A stretch of 64,000 nt of DNA from positions 96,001 through 160,000 of the forward strand of contig CAVWLW010000032.1 of NCBI GenBank assembly GCA_963755715.1, read 5' to 3'. Numbering within the stretch: the first letter of the stretch is position 1; each line of letters opens with the position of its first letter. Shown piece by piece: positions 20,445 through 29,790 of the stretch. The DNA is from an uncultured delta proteobacterium (GTDB lineage: Bacteria > Desulfobacterota > Binatia > UBA9968). The position numbers and the translations under genes were made by a program. The notes under the pieces were generated by a model. It did not search any database and was not told the DNA's origin. It saw nothing but the letters and a program-made list of their open reading frames with translations.

Positions 20445-21077
20445 CTATCCAGCCTTACGAACTTTGCTTGCCCAAATATCGCTGATCTCTTTCGACGCGG
20501 CAATGCGGCCGTAGTGTTTCTTGACCAACGCCACCGCTTCGTTATGCGCTTGCGGTCCGTAAGTCGTGGCGCAGCAATCTTCGACGAGCGTGATGTAGTA
20601 ATCGAGCATGAAGCCGACGGTGAGCGTATGAAAAACGCACATGCCGGTGCCGACGCCGGTGACGAGCAGGCTTTCGACGCCGCGAGCGCGCAGCAGCATG
20701 TCGAGATCGGTGCCGATAAACGCGCTGTAGCGGTGTTTGGTGACGATCATTTCACCGTCTCGCGGTTCTAGTCCCGCGTGAAACTCTGCGCCCCACGTGC
20801 CTTCGGCGCAGGCGAGCAATTCCGGATTCTTGAATTCCGTCCAAACCGGTGAGTTGGTCCATTGGTTGCCCGAGGTTTTCACGAAGCAGATCGGAAAATT
20901 ATGCGACCGCGCCTGGTTCACTAAATTCACCAAGCGCGGAATCATATCCTGTACGAACGCCATGTCGCGTCCGCGCTTGCAAGCGGCGCCGTCGCGGTGG
21001 CAGAAGTCGTTTTGCATATCGACGACGATGAGCATGCCGTGCTCGGGACCGACACGGTCTTCCAAAGAGAATGGCAT
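20445..21077 (-). CDS. Isochorismatase-family cysteine hydrolase
   Basis: VDMQNDF, KHRYSAF, TGVGTGMCV. Confidence 0.9.
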   Translation of the reverse strand: MPFSLEDRVGPEHGMLIVVDMQNDFCHRDGAACKRGRDMAFVQDMIPRLVNLVNQARSHNFPICFVKTSGNQWTNSPVWTEFKNPELLACAEGTWGAEFHAGLEPRDGEMIVTKHRYSAFIGTDLDMLLRARGVESLLVTGVGTGMCVFHTLTVGFMLDYYITLVEDCCATTYGPQAHNEAVALVKKHYGRIAASKEISDIWASKVRKAG

Positions 21078-21087
21078 CGAAACGCTC

Positions 21088-22089
21088 CTACTCGTAAAGT
21101 TTTTTGATGAAGCCGCTGTCGTCCAGCTCTTTCACTAGGCTGTTGTCAAAAAAAGCTTGCGGGTTGGCGGAGCGGGCGCGCGGGTTATCCTTGGCATAGA
21201 AGTCCAACAAAGTCGTCACGCCTTTCAAGGAAACGTACGGCGCGTTTTCAAAGTAGCCCGAAGTATAAAGTGTGTGGGATCGCTCCAAATATTTGGTCTG
21301 CGCCGGGGCTGTTCTGAGTTTTCTTGCGAGGACATCGATGCTTTCTTTGCGGTTCTTCTTGAAGTAGGCAATGCCCTCGACATATCCCCTCATGAAACGC
21401 AACGTCAAATCTCGATGCGCGCGGAGGTAAGCGCGAGTGGTGTCGATCATGCTGTGCAGGTAATAAATGTCCATGTCGGCGAGATCGGCGAGCGTGCGGA
21501 AGCCTTGGTCTTCGGCGAAGAAAAACGTCGGCTCGGTGAGGACCGCCGCATCGATCCCGCCTTTTTCGAGAGCGGCCATCATGGCGGGCGACGACCCGAT
21601 TTGCAGGGTCTGCACGTCGTTCGGAGTCATGTTCCAACCGCGCAGCATGATCAGCAACACCAAGTGAGAGGCGGCGCCCAGTCGCGTTATGCCGATTTTT
21701 TTTCCGCGCAGGTCCTCGGGACGCTTGAGATCGCCGCGGGCCACGACCCTTTGCACGCCCTTGTTGACGATGGAGCCAATCATGATTACATCGGCACCGC
21801 CGAGCGCCGCGTTGATGACGCCGCCGCCTCCACCGCCGAGGAACTGAACGTCTCCGGCAATCAGCGAGCTAACGCCGCCAGCGGAGGCGCCGCCGATCAA
21901 AATCACTTCGCTTTCGATACCATGCTTTTTGAAAAGCCCTTTTTCCTCGGCTATCCACAAGGCCGCGTTGATGGGTGTGAAGGAGCTGAGGCCGATGCGT
22001 AGCCGATCAGCGGCGAGGACCGTGGATGGGTATAAGCAAGCGCCGAGTAATAGTGCGAGACTGGTGATGGTGAGGAATTTCGACGCCAT
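21088..22089 (-). CDS. ABC transporter substrate-binding protein (NMT1/SsuA-like)
   Basis: Signal peptide; GLFKKHG, DLRGKKIG. Confidence 0.85.
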   Translation of the reverse strand: MASKFLTITSLALLLGACLYPSTVLAADRLRIGLSSFTPINAALWIAEEKGLFKKHGIESEVILIGGASAGGVSSLIAGDVQFLGGGGGGVINAALGGADVIMIGSIVNKGVQRVVARGDLKRPEDLRGKKIGITRLGAASHLVLLIMLRGWNMTPNDVQTLQIGSSPAMMAALEKGGIDAAVLTEPTFFFAEDQGFRTLADLADMDIYYLHSMIDTTRAYLRAHRDLTLRFMRGYVEGIAYFKKNRKESIDVLARKLRTAPAQTKYLERSHTLYTSGYFENAPYVSLKGVTTLLDFYAKDNPRARSANPQAFFDNSLVKELDDSGFIKKLYE

Positions 22090-22219
22090 AGAATTTATCC
22101 GAGATCTTTTAGCTCGTCACCAATGCGAAATCCTCATTTTATGAATTTCCTTCGAGCTCTTCATCCGAAATCCTAAGCACTCGGTCGACGCTCCGGTTGC
22201 CGATAACCAGCCGAGAACG

Positions 22220-23032
22220 TTATTTCCGATCTTCCGGCTTGATATACTTCACCGATGCGCCGCCCTTTTGCGAGTGGAGGTATCCTTCCACGTCGCTCAG
22301 CGGATTGGTGTAGTAGCGCAACCGATGTTGGACGAGGTCGTCGGCGCGCAGCGCCATGTCGAAGGGCAAGTCTTTTTGCATATAGGCAGCGATCTTGGCG
22401 TTCTCTAAGGTTGCGCCGTTGCGGCTGGCGAGTTCTTTGGCAAGCGTGTCGACATAGCTATCGAGGTCTTTGTCGGGCACGACATCCGATACGAGCCCGA
22501 CGCGTTCCGCCTCGATGCCGGTCAAGTTTCTACCGGTAAGGGAAATATAGAAAGCTTTCTTGAATGGAATGCCGGCGTGAAAGAGCGACGGTGTCGCGGT
22601 AGCGCCGTAGCTGCCGCGGATGACTTCCGGCATACCGAATTTCGCGCTCTCTGCGCTGATGACCAAATCATGGCCGTTGATCAGCGCCAAGCCGCCGCCG
22701 AGACACCAGCCGCGGACTTTCGCAACTGTCACCTGCGGCAGTTTGCGCATGATGTCGACAATCTCCGCGACGCCGCCAAAACCACGCGTGCGGCGACGGT
22801 TGTCTTGCCCGCGCATATCGTAAAGGTCGCGGCCGGAAGAATAAGAATCGCCGCCCCCGGTTGTGACGATGCAGCGAATCTTGTCGTTTTCGGCAAGCGC
22901 GCGGAGAATGCTCGATAGCTCGGCGAGCAAAGCGATGCTGAGAGCGTTTTTCTTTTCGGGACGATTTAGGATCAGCCAGGCGATGCCGGCGTTTTCGTCG
23001 ATGTTGGCGTTGATGAGTTTGGTATCGGCCAT
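22220..23032 (-). CDS. Enoyl-CoA hydratase/isomerase family protein
   Basis: LNRPEKKNAL, SGRDL, GGG, FGMPE. Confidence 0.9.
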   Translation of the reverse strand: MADTKLINANIDENAGIAWLILNRPEKKNALSIALLAELSSILRALAENDKIRCIVTTGGGDSYSSGRDLYDMRGQDNRRRTRGFGGVAEIVDIMRKLPQVTVAKVRGWCLGGGLALINGHDLVISAESAKFGMPEVIRGSYGATATPSLFHAGIPFKKAFYISLTGRNLTGIEAERVGLVSDVVPDKDLDSYVDTLAKELASRNGATLENAKIAAYMQKDLPFDMALRADDLVQHRLRYYTNPLSDVEGYLHSQKGGASVKYIKPEDRK

Positions 23033-23093
23033 GGTTTTACTCCGTAAGTTTAAGTTAGTTCAAGCCGTTCAAATCGTTTCTTGTTCTGTATCC

Positions 23094-23205
23094 TGTCATT
23101 TCGAGGTCCTTCGAAATACTCAGGATAGACTCCGCCAAGAAATCTTTTCAGGAAGGATCTCCCATGGAGTTTACCCTGAGCGCAGTCGAAGGGTTCGAGA
23201 TGACA
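23094..23205. repeat. Composite REP-like palindromic element
   Basis: Ends tgtcatttcga / tcgagatgaca; internal inverted pair ccttcgaaatactcaggatagactcc / ggagtttaccctgagcgcagtcgaagg. Confidence 0.7.
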
Positions 23206-23242
23206 ATCGTTGATGTAGGATATTTTCTCGCTCTCAGATCGC

Positions 23243-24250
23243 CTATGTAAACCGGTAGAACGTTTTCGCATTGCCGGCGAGAATCTTTTGCTTGGTTTGA
23301 TCCGATACATCCTTGCGGCGCACGACTTGGCTTACGCTGTGCGGCCATTCCATATCCCAGTGCGGATAGTCGGAGGCGTACATCATGCATTCGTCGCCGA
23401 ACTGTTCGATCACCAGCGGTAGCGCCGATTCCTCGCCTTCGCAGGTGAAGTAGCAGCGATGGTCCTTGATGTATTCGCTCGGCAGCAGCTTGAGCGGCTC
23501 CATTTCTGATTTGCGCAGTAAATATTTTTCGTCGAAGCGCTCCATCCAGTAGGGCAGGAAGCCGACGCCGGCTTCAAGAAAGCCGACTTTGAGCTTCGGA
23601 AAACGGTCGAGCACGCCATTGGAAATGATCGAGACGATCGAGAGCATTTGCTCGAACGGATGCGAGGTCATGTGCACGCCGATATATTTATGAAAACGCG
23701 TGTTGCCTATCGCCACTTGGGCTGTCGCGTGAAAACCGACGGGCACGCCCAGCTCTTGCGCCTCGGCGTAAATCGGATCGAACTGGGGCTGGCCAAGGTC
23801 CAAGCCTTGCTGCACGTAGGTCGGCATCATCACGCCGACAGCGGCTTTTTCGGTCACCGCGCGACGCAATTCTTGCACCGCTTCGGGCACGACTTGGGGC
23901 GCGATGACGGCGGCGTATTTGATCCGATTGCCGCTGTCCTGACAAAAGTCGCAGGCCCAATCGTTGTAGGCCGTGGCCAGTGCGACGGCTAGATCGAGCT
24001 CGCGCACCAGACCGATCGACAGGGCATTACTGGGATAGGCCACGGCATCGGCGATTTTTTCCACGTCGAGGTCTTTGCAGTATTCTTCGGGATTACTCGG
24101 CTTGCGACCGGTGGTGTCGTTTAGAAAGATGTCCCAGCCGAACGACGGGAAGTAAGGTCCGCTGCGCGCGCGAAATTTTTCCGGCAAATATTTTTTATAC
24201 GCCGCTGCGTCGAGATGATGGGCGTCGGCGTCGATGATCGTAAATTCCAC
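23243..24250 (-). CDS. Amidohydrolase_2 family protein
   Basis: IDADAH, FH, LEAG, ASDYPHWD. Confidence 0.9.
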   Translation of the reverse strand: MEFTIIDADAHHLDAAAYKKYLPEKFRARSGPYFPSFGWDIFLNDTTGRKPSNPEEYCKDLDVEKIADAVAYPSNALSIGLVRELDLAVALATAYNDWACDFCQDSGNRIKYAAVIAPQVVPEAVQELRRAVTEKAAVGVMMPTYVQQGLDLGQPQFDPIYAEAQELGVPVGFHATAQVAIGNTRFHKYIGVHMTSHPFEQMLSIVSIISNGVLDRFPKLKVGFLEAGVGFLPYWMERFDEKYLLRKSEMEPLKLLPSEYIKDHRCYFTCEGEESALPLVIEQFGDECMMYASDYPHWDMEWPHSVSQVVRRKDVSDQTKQKILAGNAKTFYRFT

Positions 24251-24352
24251 GATAAAGCCTCCTGAAAAGCGAGCAAAGTTACACCGGCTTGGGCAGTTTC
24301 GTGTTCCAAGGATCGCGTTTCCAGTTCAACCCGGGCCCCGAAACGGTATCCG

Positions 24353-26044
24353 TTAGTCCTGCAATCCGTAGCGTTGCGCGATGTTGAGAAAGACCGAGCC
24401 GACAAATACGGTGCCGATCGTAATGATCAGGCTGAAAGCGGCCAATTCGCCGACGTGACCGTTGTCCCACAGCTCCCAGATCGTCACCGCCACCACCTGC
24501 GAACCCGGTGAATAGAGCAGTAGCGCGATCGACAGCTCTTTGAACGTGATCAGAAAAATATAGATCCAGCCGGCCAGCAGCGCCGGCATAATCAGCGGCA
24601 CGACGACGTGACGTACCATCTGGAACCAGCTCGCGCCGCTCGCCAGGGCGCCTTCTTCAAGCTCCTTGTGCAGGCTCAATAGCGCGGAGTGACTAAAGCG
24701 AATTCCGTACGGTAGATAGCGGGCGGTGAACGCTAGCACCAAAATCCAAATCGTCCCATAGACCGGGATTGGCAGGATCAAATACATTTTCAAAATGGCG
24801 ATGCCCATCACAATGCCGGGAAAAACCAGCGGCAGCATCGACATTTGGTCCAGCAACCAGCGGCCTTTGATCGACGCGCGCACGACCAACCAGGCGGCGA
24901 AAAAAGTGATGACGACGGCGACCGTCGCCGACGAGACGCTGACGGTCAGGCTGTTCAGCACAGAGCGAATCACGCCGCTGTCGTTAAACGCAGTGACGTA
25001 GTTGTTGAGCGTTAGCAGGGAAAGCGCCTTGCGCGACGGCACCTGGGCAAAAGGCAGAAAGGACGACCAGGCGATGGCGACGATCGGCAAAAATTGCAGC
25101 AGCGGCAAAACCAGCATCAGCAAACCGCCAAACCAGCGCCATTTGCCGAGCGCGATTCGGTTGGGCCGGAAGTTTTTGCCGCTGATAGTCGTGAACTTAT
25201 AGGTCTTGCTGGTGATGCGATAGTAAGGAATCAATCCCAGGGCGACCAGCACGATGAGAATGATCGAGTAGGCACTGGCCTCGCCATATTTCGGAATCAG
25301 CCCGCCTTTAATCTGCAGATAGATTTTGGTGGTGAGCACTTCGACACCGGCAGGAATGCCGATCAGCGCAGGAATTTCAAAAGCTTCCAGCGAGCGGATC
25401 ATGGTCAATATCATCACCGCCAAGACGCTGGGGACCGCCAGCGGAAACGTCACGCGCTGAAATACTTGCCAACCGCTGCTCCCGGCTGTGGTCGCCGCTT
25501 CTTCCAATGACGGATCCATGGAGCGGAAGGGGGTCGACATGAGTAGAAACACGATCGGGATCCAAAGAAAACTTTCGACTAAAATCATGCCGCTCATGGA
25601 AAAGATGTTAAAAAAAGGTTGTCCGATGAGCGCCATTCCGACAGCATTCAGCATTCCTGCTTTGGGGCCGAGAAGCATGATCCAGCCGACAACTTTGATG
25701 ATGCCTGGAATCGCGAACGACACGTAGGCTGAGATATAGGCGAGTTTGCGAAATGGAGCGTCGCTGCGCTCGGCGAGCCACGCGAGCGCCGTGCCGTAAA
25801 CCAAGGCAACGGCGGAGCTGCTCACCGCGTAAATCAGGGAATTGCTCAGCAATGTTTTAACGTCGCCGAGAGAATCGACGATGTTGAGGAAATGCTGAAT
25901 CGTAAACGAGCCAGCTTGCAATCCCCGGTCGGTGACCAGGCTGGTGTGCAGTATGAAAAAAAACGGCGGCAAGACAAGATAGGCTAAAATCGCCGTCGTG
26001 AACAGAAATAACATCTGCGCCGGGTTGCGCATCATCATGTGCAT
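24353..26044 (-). CDS. ABC transporter permease with two membrane domains (Fe3+/thiamine type)
   Basis: Two EAA loops (SLEEAA...G; ELEEGA...GA); about 12 TM helices. Confidence 0.9.
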   Translation of the reverse strand: MHMMMRNPAQMLFLFTTAILAYLVLPPFFFILHTSLVTDRGLQAGSFTIQHFLNIVDSLGDVKTLLSNSLIYAVSSSAVALVYGTALAWLAERSDAPFRKLAYISAYVSFAIPGIIKVVGWIMLLGPKAGMLNAVGMALIGQPFFNIFSMSGMILVESFLWIPIVFLLMSTPFRSMDPSLEEAATTAGSSGWQVFQRVTFPLAVPSVLAVMILTMIRSLEAFEIPALIGIPAGVEVLTTKIYLQIKGGLIPKYGEASAYSIILIVLVALGLIPYYRITSKTYKFTTISGKNFRPNRIALGKWRWFGGLLMLVLPLLQFLPIVAIAWSSFLPFAQVPSRKALSLLTLNNYVTAFNDSGVIRSVLNSLTVSVSSATVAVVITFFAAWLVVRASIKGRWLLDQMSMLPLVFPGIVMGIAILKMYLILPIPVYGTIWILVLAFTARYLPYGIRFSHSALLSLHKELEEGALASGASWFQMVRHVVVPLIMPALLAGWIYIFLITFKELSIALLLYSPGSQVVAVTIWELWDNGHVGELAAFSLIITIGTVFVGSVFLNIAQRYGLQD

Positions 26045-26734
26045 TGTCAGGCCCTCGCGCTTAAATGGTTTTGAGTCTCGGGTTACGGCTTTCGGGTCAA
26101 CATTAAACTCGAAACTGACATTGCAAGCTATATATCAAAACGGACGGGCAAGACAATTGCGGCTGTGGGAAGGAGGTAAGGGGTAAGAAACACGCGGAGC
26201 GGGGATTGGCTGCACGCCTTACCCTCCCTCCAGCCTGACGCTCTTAAACCCCCGGGCCGATGAATGGCTCGCCCGGGGATCTCCAGACAATGGTTCGAGC
26301 ATCTCCGACCAGTTGTTCGCGGCGACCTTGCGACGCAATTCGTTCGGCTACAGCTTACCGTCCTAGCGTAGCACCTATATTTAACAATAAAGAGCGGTAA
26401 CGGGTCAGAGCGATGAAATTAACGATTGGGGATCATGCAGATTTCGTGCGCATCTTGGATGTAATTTGGTATCGGGAATTTGCTGACTCTTGTCAGAAGC
26501 ACGGTTAGAAAGTATGTCTTTGTGAAGGCCGATAACAATCTGGATCGGTGCAAAGGTCGAGACGCTGAAGGCGCGACAGACTACGGTCCTGATTCATGCA
26601 TACCATGAATTGCTGTTAGCGTAAGAAGGTTGCGCCTAGGAATCGAGCGGGTTTCTATCCTACACACCCTGAGAAGACCCCCCAGCCAATGAGTTGCTCG
26701 CCTAGCACGCCAGAGCCGGCATCGTGCGTTCAAA

Positions 26735-28030
26735 TTGATCTTTGTTCCGCTACTGATATTTTCGCTGTTCGCCCAGTGCGCTGTGGTCTGGACTCAACTG
26801 GAAGATATTCGAGGCGGCTATTTTGATTTCGTGCTGTACTACAGCGGCGCCAAGATCTTCAATGATGGAAACGGCGCGCAATTATATGATTTACAGGTGC
26901 AAAGGGAGTATCAAAAAGAATTTGGCGTCGCCAATCAAAATCGGGATTTGCCGTTTAATCACCTCCCCTATGAGTTATTGCTGCTTCTGATTCCAGCGAA
27001 ATTTTCATTTCCCGTCGCCCACTCTCTTTGGGCGGCAATTAATATCCTGCTGCTTGCAGTAATCTTGCTCCGCCTTTCGCCTTTCGTCGAGGGTAGGCAT
27101 CGGTGGTTGTTTGCTCTCATGCTATTCGCTTATTTCCCAACCCTAACAGCTCTCAAGATGGGTCAGGATTCAGTAATTACGACCTTTCTGCTGGTCGAAA
27201 CTTTTGTGAGCCTCAAACGCAAACGCTACGCCATAGCCGGCGGCCTGTTAGCCCTGGGCCTATACAAACCGCAGTTCGTTTTACCGATGGTCGGGATATT
27301 TTTGCTACACCGCCGTTGGTCGTCGATATTTGGGTTTTTGTTTACGGGACTGTTGCTTGGCGTGCTCTCACTGGCGATGGTGGGATGGAACGGCCTGCTC
27401 GGGTTATTTTCATTGTGGTTGCCGATGACGCAGCGTGGTCACGTCGTTTGGCCGGAACTGATGACGAATTTACGTGGCTTGATGTACATGATATTGGACC
27501 TCGGTGGGTTATCGGGTGCAACGAATATCCTGACTTTGGCTTTTTCCATATTAGTTTATGTCATAGCGTTGCGCCTGTGGCCGCGAAGCGCGGACGAGCG
27601 GAATGAACTGTTCGATCTGCGCTTCGCCCTTGCTGTGGCGATGACCGCGCTAGTAAGTTTTCACTTGTACTCGTACGACGGCACTCTGCTGGCAATTCCT
27701 CTAATCATTATGCTGAACCAAATCTTGAAAGACCCCAATTCCTATCCCGTGCGGCATCGCATTTTTTTGGCTATTCTGATCGCATGGTTTCTTCCGTTAG
27801 TGCCGAATATACTTCTGAGCGCGGCGAGTCTCGCCTGGTGGGCGCTGCCTTTACCATTTCTTTTTGGTGTGATCGCTATGGAGATTTGGCGCTGCTCGAA
27901 GTGGACCGTCGGCAGGGATGAATTGGTTGGAACGGCTGTGCCTATGAGTCGACGCAGTTGGATCGTTAAGACGAAGGGAAATTCACGATGGAACAAACAG
28001 CAACTGGTAATGGCCAGACTTGGGATTTAG
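26735..28030 (+). CDS. GT87/DUF2029-like membrane glycosyltransferase
   Basis: DFVLYY, PFNHLP, GQDS, YKPQ, HLYSYD; polytopic; true start may be ATG 26689 with an indel. Confidence 0.8.
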   Translation: MIFVPLLIFSLFAQCAVVWTQLEDIRGGYFDFVLYYSGAKIFNDGNGAQLYDLQVQREYQKEFGVANQNRDLPFNHLPYELLLLLIPAKFSFPVAHSLWAAINILLLAVILLRLSPFVEGRHRWLFALMLFAYFPTLTALKMGQDSVITTFLLVETFVSLKRKRYAIAGGLLALGLYKPQFVLPMVGIFLLHRRWSSIFGFLFTGLLLGVLSLAMVGWNGLLGLFSLWLPMTQRGHVVWPELMTNLRGLMYMILDLGGLSGATNILTLAFSILVYVIALRLWPRSADERNELFDLRFALAVAMTALVSFHLYSYDGTLLAIPLIIMLNQILKDPNSYPVRHRIFLAILIAWFLPLVPNILLSAASLAWWALPLPFLFGVIAMEIWRCSKWTVGRDELVGTAVPMSRRSWIVKTKGNSRWNKQQLVMARLGI

Positions 28031-29736
28031 AAGCGGATGTCATCGTGATCGGCTCGGGAGCGGCGGGGCTTCCGGCAGCGATTAGAGCAGTTGAAGGAGG
28101 CGCGTCGGTTATCGTCGTGGAGGCAAATTACGACGTTGGTGGGCACGCGATCATCAGCGGCGGCCATATGGCTCTCGGTGGCGGCACCAGCGCGCAGAAA
28201 AAATACAATATTCCCGATTCGCCGGACACGGTGTTTTCCGATCTGACCGATTGGTCGATCGTGCAGCCCAACGGTTCGCCGGATTTTCGTTACAACGACC
28301 GGGCAGTCATGCGCGCCTTCGCGGATCACTGCGCGCAAACTTTTGAATTCTTGCTGGCCAACGGTGTCGAGTTTACCGATAAGGCGCCGGACAATCATGG
28401 TGCATCGACCACGGGCAACTCGGCGCCGCGCGAGAATCATGCGTTCTGGACTAAGGGTGCCGGCTTAGAAAGTCCCAACGCCGCAGCCGGAACGGGCGTG
28501 ATCCGGCCGTTGGAAGCAAGCGCGCGCGCGAAGGGCGTGCGCTTTTTGCTGAACTACAAGATGACCGGGCTGATCCGTGAGCCGAACGTGGATGGAAACT
28601 CGGCGCCAGTGATTGGTCTCACGGCGCGATATACCCCGCGCATCATGCCCGGGTCAACGACGCCGTTAAAGAGCTTTCGTTCGGAGGGCAATATCGAAAG
28701 CACGCTGCCGACGATGAAACTGCGCGCGCGCAAAGCGGTGATTATCGCCACGGGTGGCAGCACCAGCGACATCAATTTTCGCCGCATGTTTGACCCGCGC
28801 TTGACGCCGGTGATCCAAGTCGGCGGTGAACCGTATAGTTATCAAGACGCCAGCGGCGAACTCGCGGCGATGGCCATCGGCGCGTCGCTCTGGGGCCTGG
28901 CCAACCAAACATTGGAAAACGGCGCGACCATGCGCACCCAACGCGCTCTTGCGACCAAGTATAATTACACAACATGGAAGCTAGAGAGCCCGATTTTTCC
29001 ATTGGTGCGCGCGACCGGTTTCAACGTGAAGGATTGGCAGGACTTGATTCTCGTCAACCAAGTGGGCAAGCGATTTTACGACGAGACCAAGGGCGACGTC
29101 CCGCACGGCAATCTCGGCGGCCAAATCACGCCGTGTATGCCCAATGATTATCGCAATGCCGAGAACGTTAAGTTCAATCCGACAAAATACAATTTTACCC
29201 ACGCGGCGCTGGCGATGAACGAGTATTCAGAGCCGCCGGATTATTGCGCGGGTCCGGTGTGGGCGATCTTTGACGCGGACGCGGTAGAACGCGAAGGGTG
29301 GAAGGTCGTGCCGCCGTCCGTCGATCCAGACGGGTATTTTTTTGCCGCGAACACACTCGAAGAGCTCGCCACCGCGATCAAAAACGAATATCAGGCAAAG
29401 CCCATGCAAGGCGCGACGCTACAAGCGACGGTGGAGCGCTACAATTCGTTCGTCGACGCGGGAGAAGACAAGGATTTCGGCAAGCCGGCGCCGAAACATA
29501 AAATCCAAACGCCGCCGTTTTACGCGGCTTGGGGGACGCCGGTGGTGCACGACACGCGGGCCGGCTTGAGAATCAATGCCAGGTGCCAAGTGATCGACAT
29601 GAGCGGCAAAGTGATCCCCGGTCTCTACTGCGCCGGTGAGTCGGCCGGCGGCTTCAACCAACATGGTATGGGCCGCTGCGCTACGCAGGGATTTATCGCT
29701 GGTACTGACGCAGCGAAGTTGTCGCGGCACGAGTAG
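27988..29736 (+). CDS. FAD-dependent oxidoreductase (FAD_binding_2; fumarate reductase/ketosteroid dehydrogenase-like)
   Basis: VIGSGAAG, ATGG, LRINARCQV...PGLYCAGE. Confidence 0.85.
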   Translation: MEQTATGNGQTWDLEADVIVIGSGAAGLPAAIRAVEGGASVIVVEANYDVGGHAIISGGHMALGGGTSAQKKYNIPDSPDTVFSDLTDWSIVQPNGSPDFRYNDRAVMRAFADHCAQTFEFLLANGVEFTDKAPDNHGASTTGNSAPRENHAFWTKGAGLESPNAAAGTGVIRPLEASARAKGVRFLLNYKMTGLIREPNVDGNSAPVIGLTARYTPRIMPGSTTPLKSFRSEGNIESTLPTMKLRARKAVIIATGGSTSDINFRRMFDPRLTPVIQVGGEPYSYQDASGELAAMAIGASLWGLANQTLENGATMRTQRALATKYNYTTWKLESPIFPLVRATGFNVKDWQDLILVNQVGKRFYDETKGDVPHGNLGGQITPCMPNDYRNAENVKFNPTKYNFTHAALAMNEYSEPPDYCAGPVWAIFDADAVEREGWKVVPPSVDPDGYFFAANTLEELATAIKNEYQAKPMQGATLQATVERYNSFVDAGEDKDFGKPAPKHKIQTPPFYAAWGTPVVHDTRAGLRINARCQVIDMSGKVIPGLYCAGESAGGFNQHGMGRCATQGFIAGTDAAKLSRHE

Positions 29737-29790
29737 GGGCAACCCCCGTGGTTGCTCTGTCGGAAGGCAGGCACTGGGGTGTGCCCTTAC
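29733..29790. repeat. GTAG-type REP inverted pair between convergent genes
   Basis: gtaggggcaacccccgtggttgctc ... ggcaggcactggggtgtgcccttac. Confidence 0.7.

Noticed and set aside
26545-26640. Resemblance to a c-di-GMP-I (GEMM) riboswitch (gcaaa...gacgc...ctacgg...ggttgc)
   Set aside because: The GGCAAAC/GAAA tetraloop/GACGCAAAGC spacing does not match; kept only as an unassigned stem-loop.
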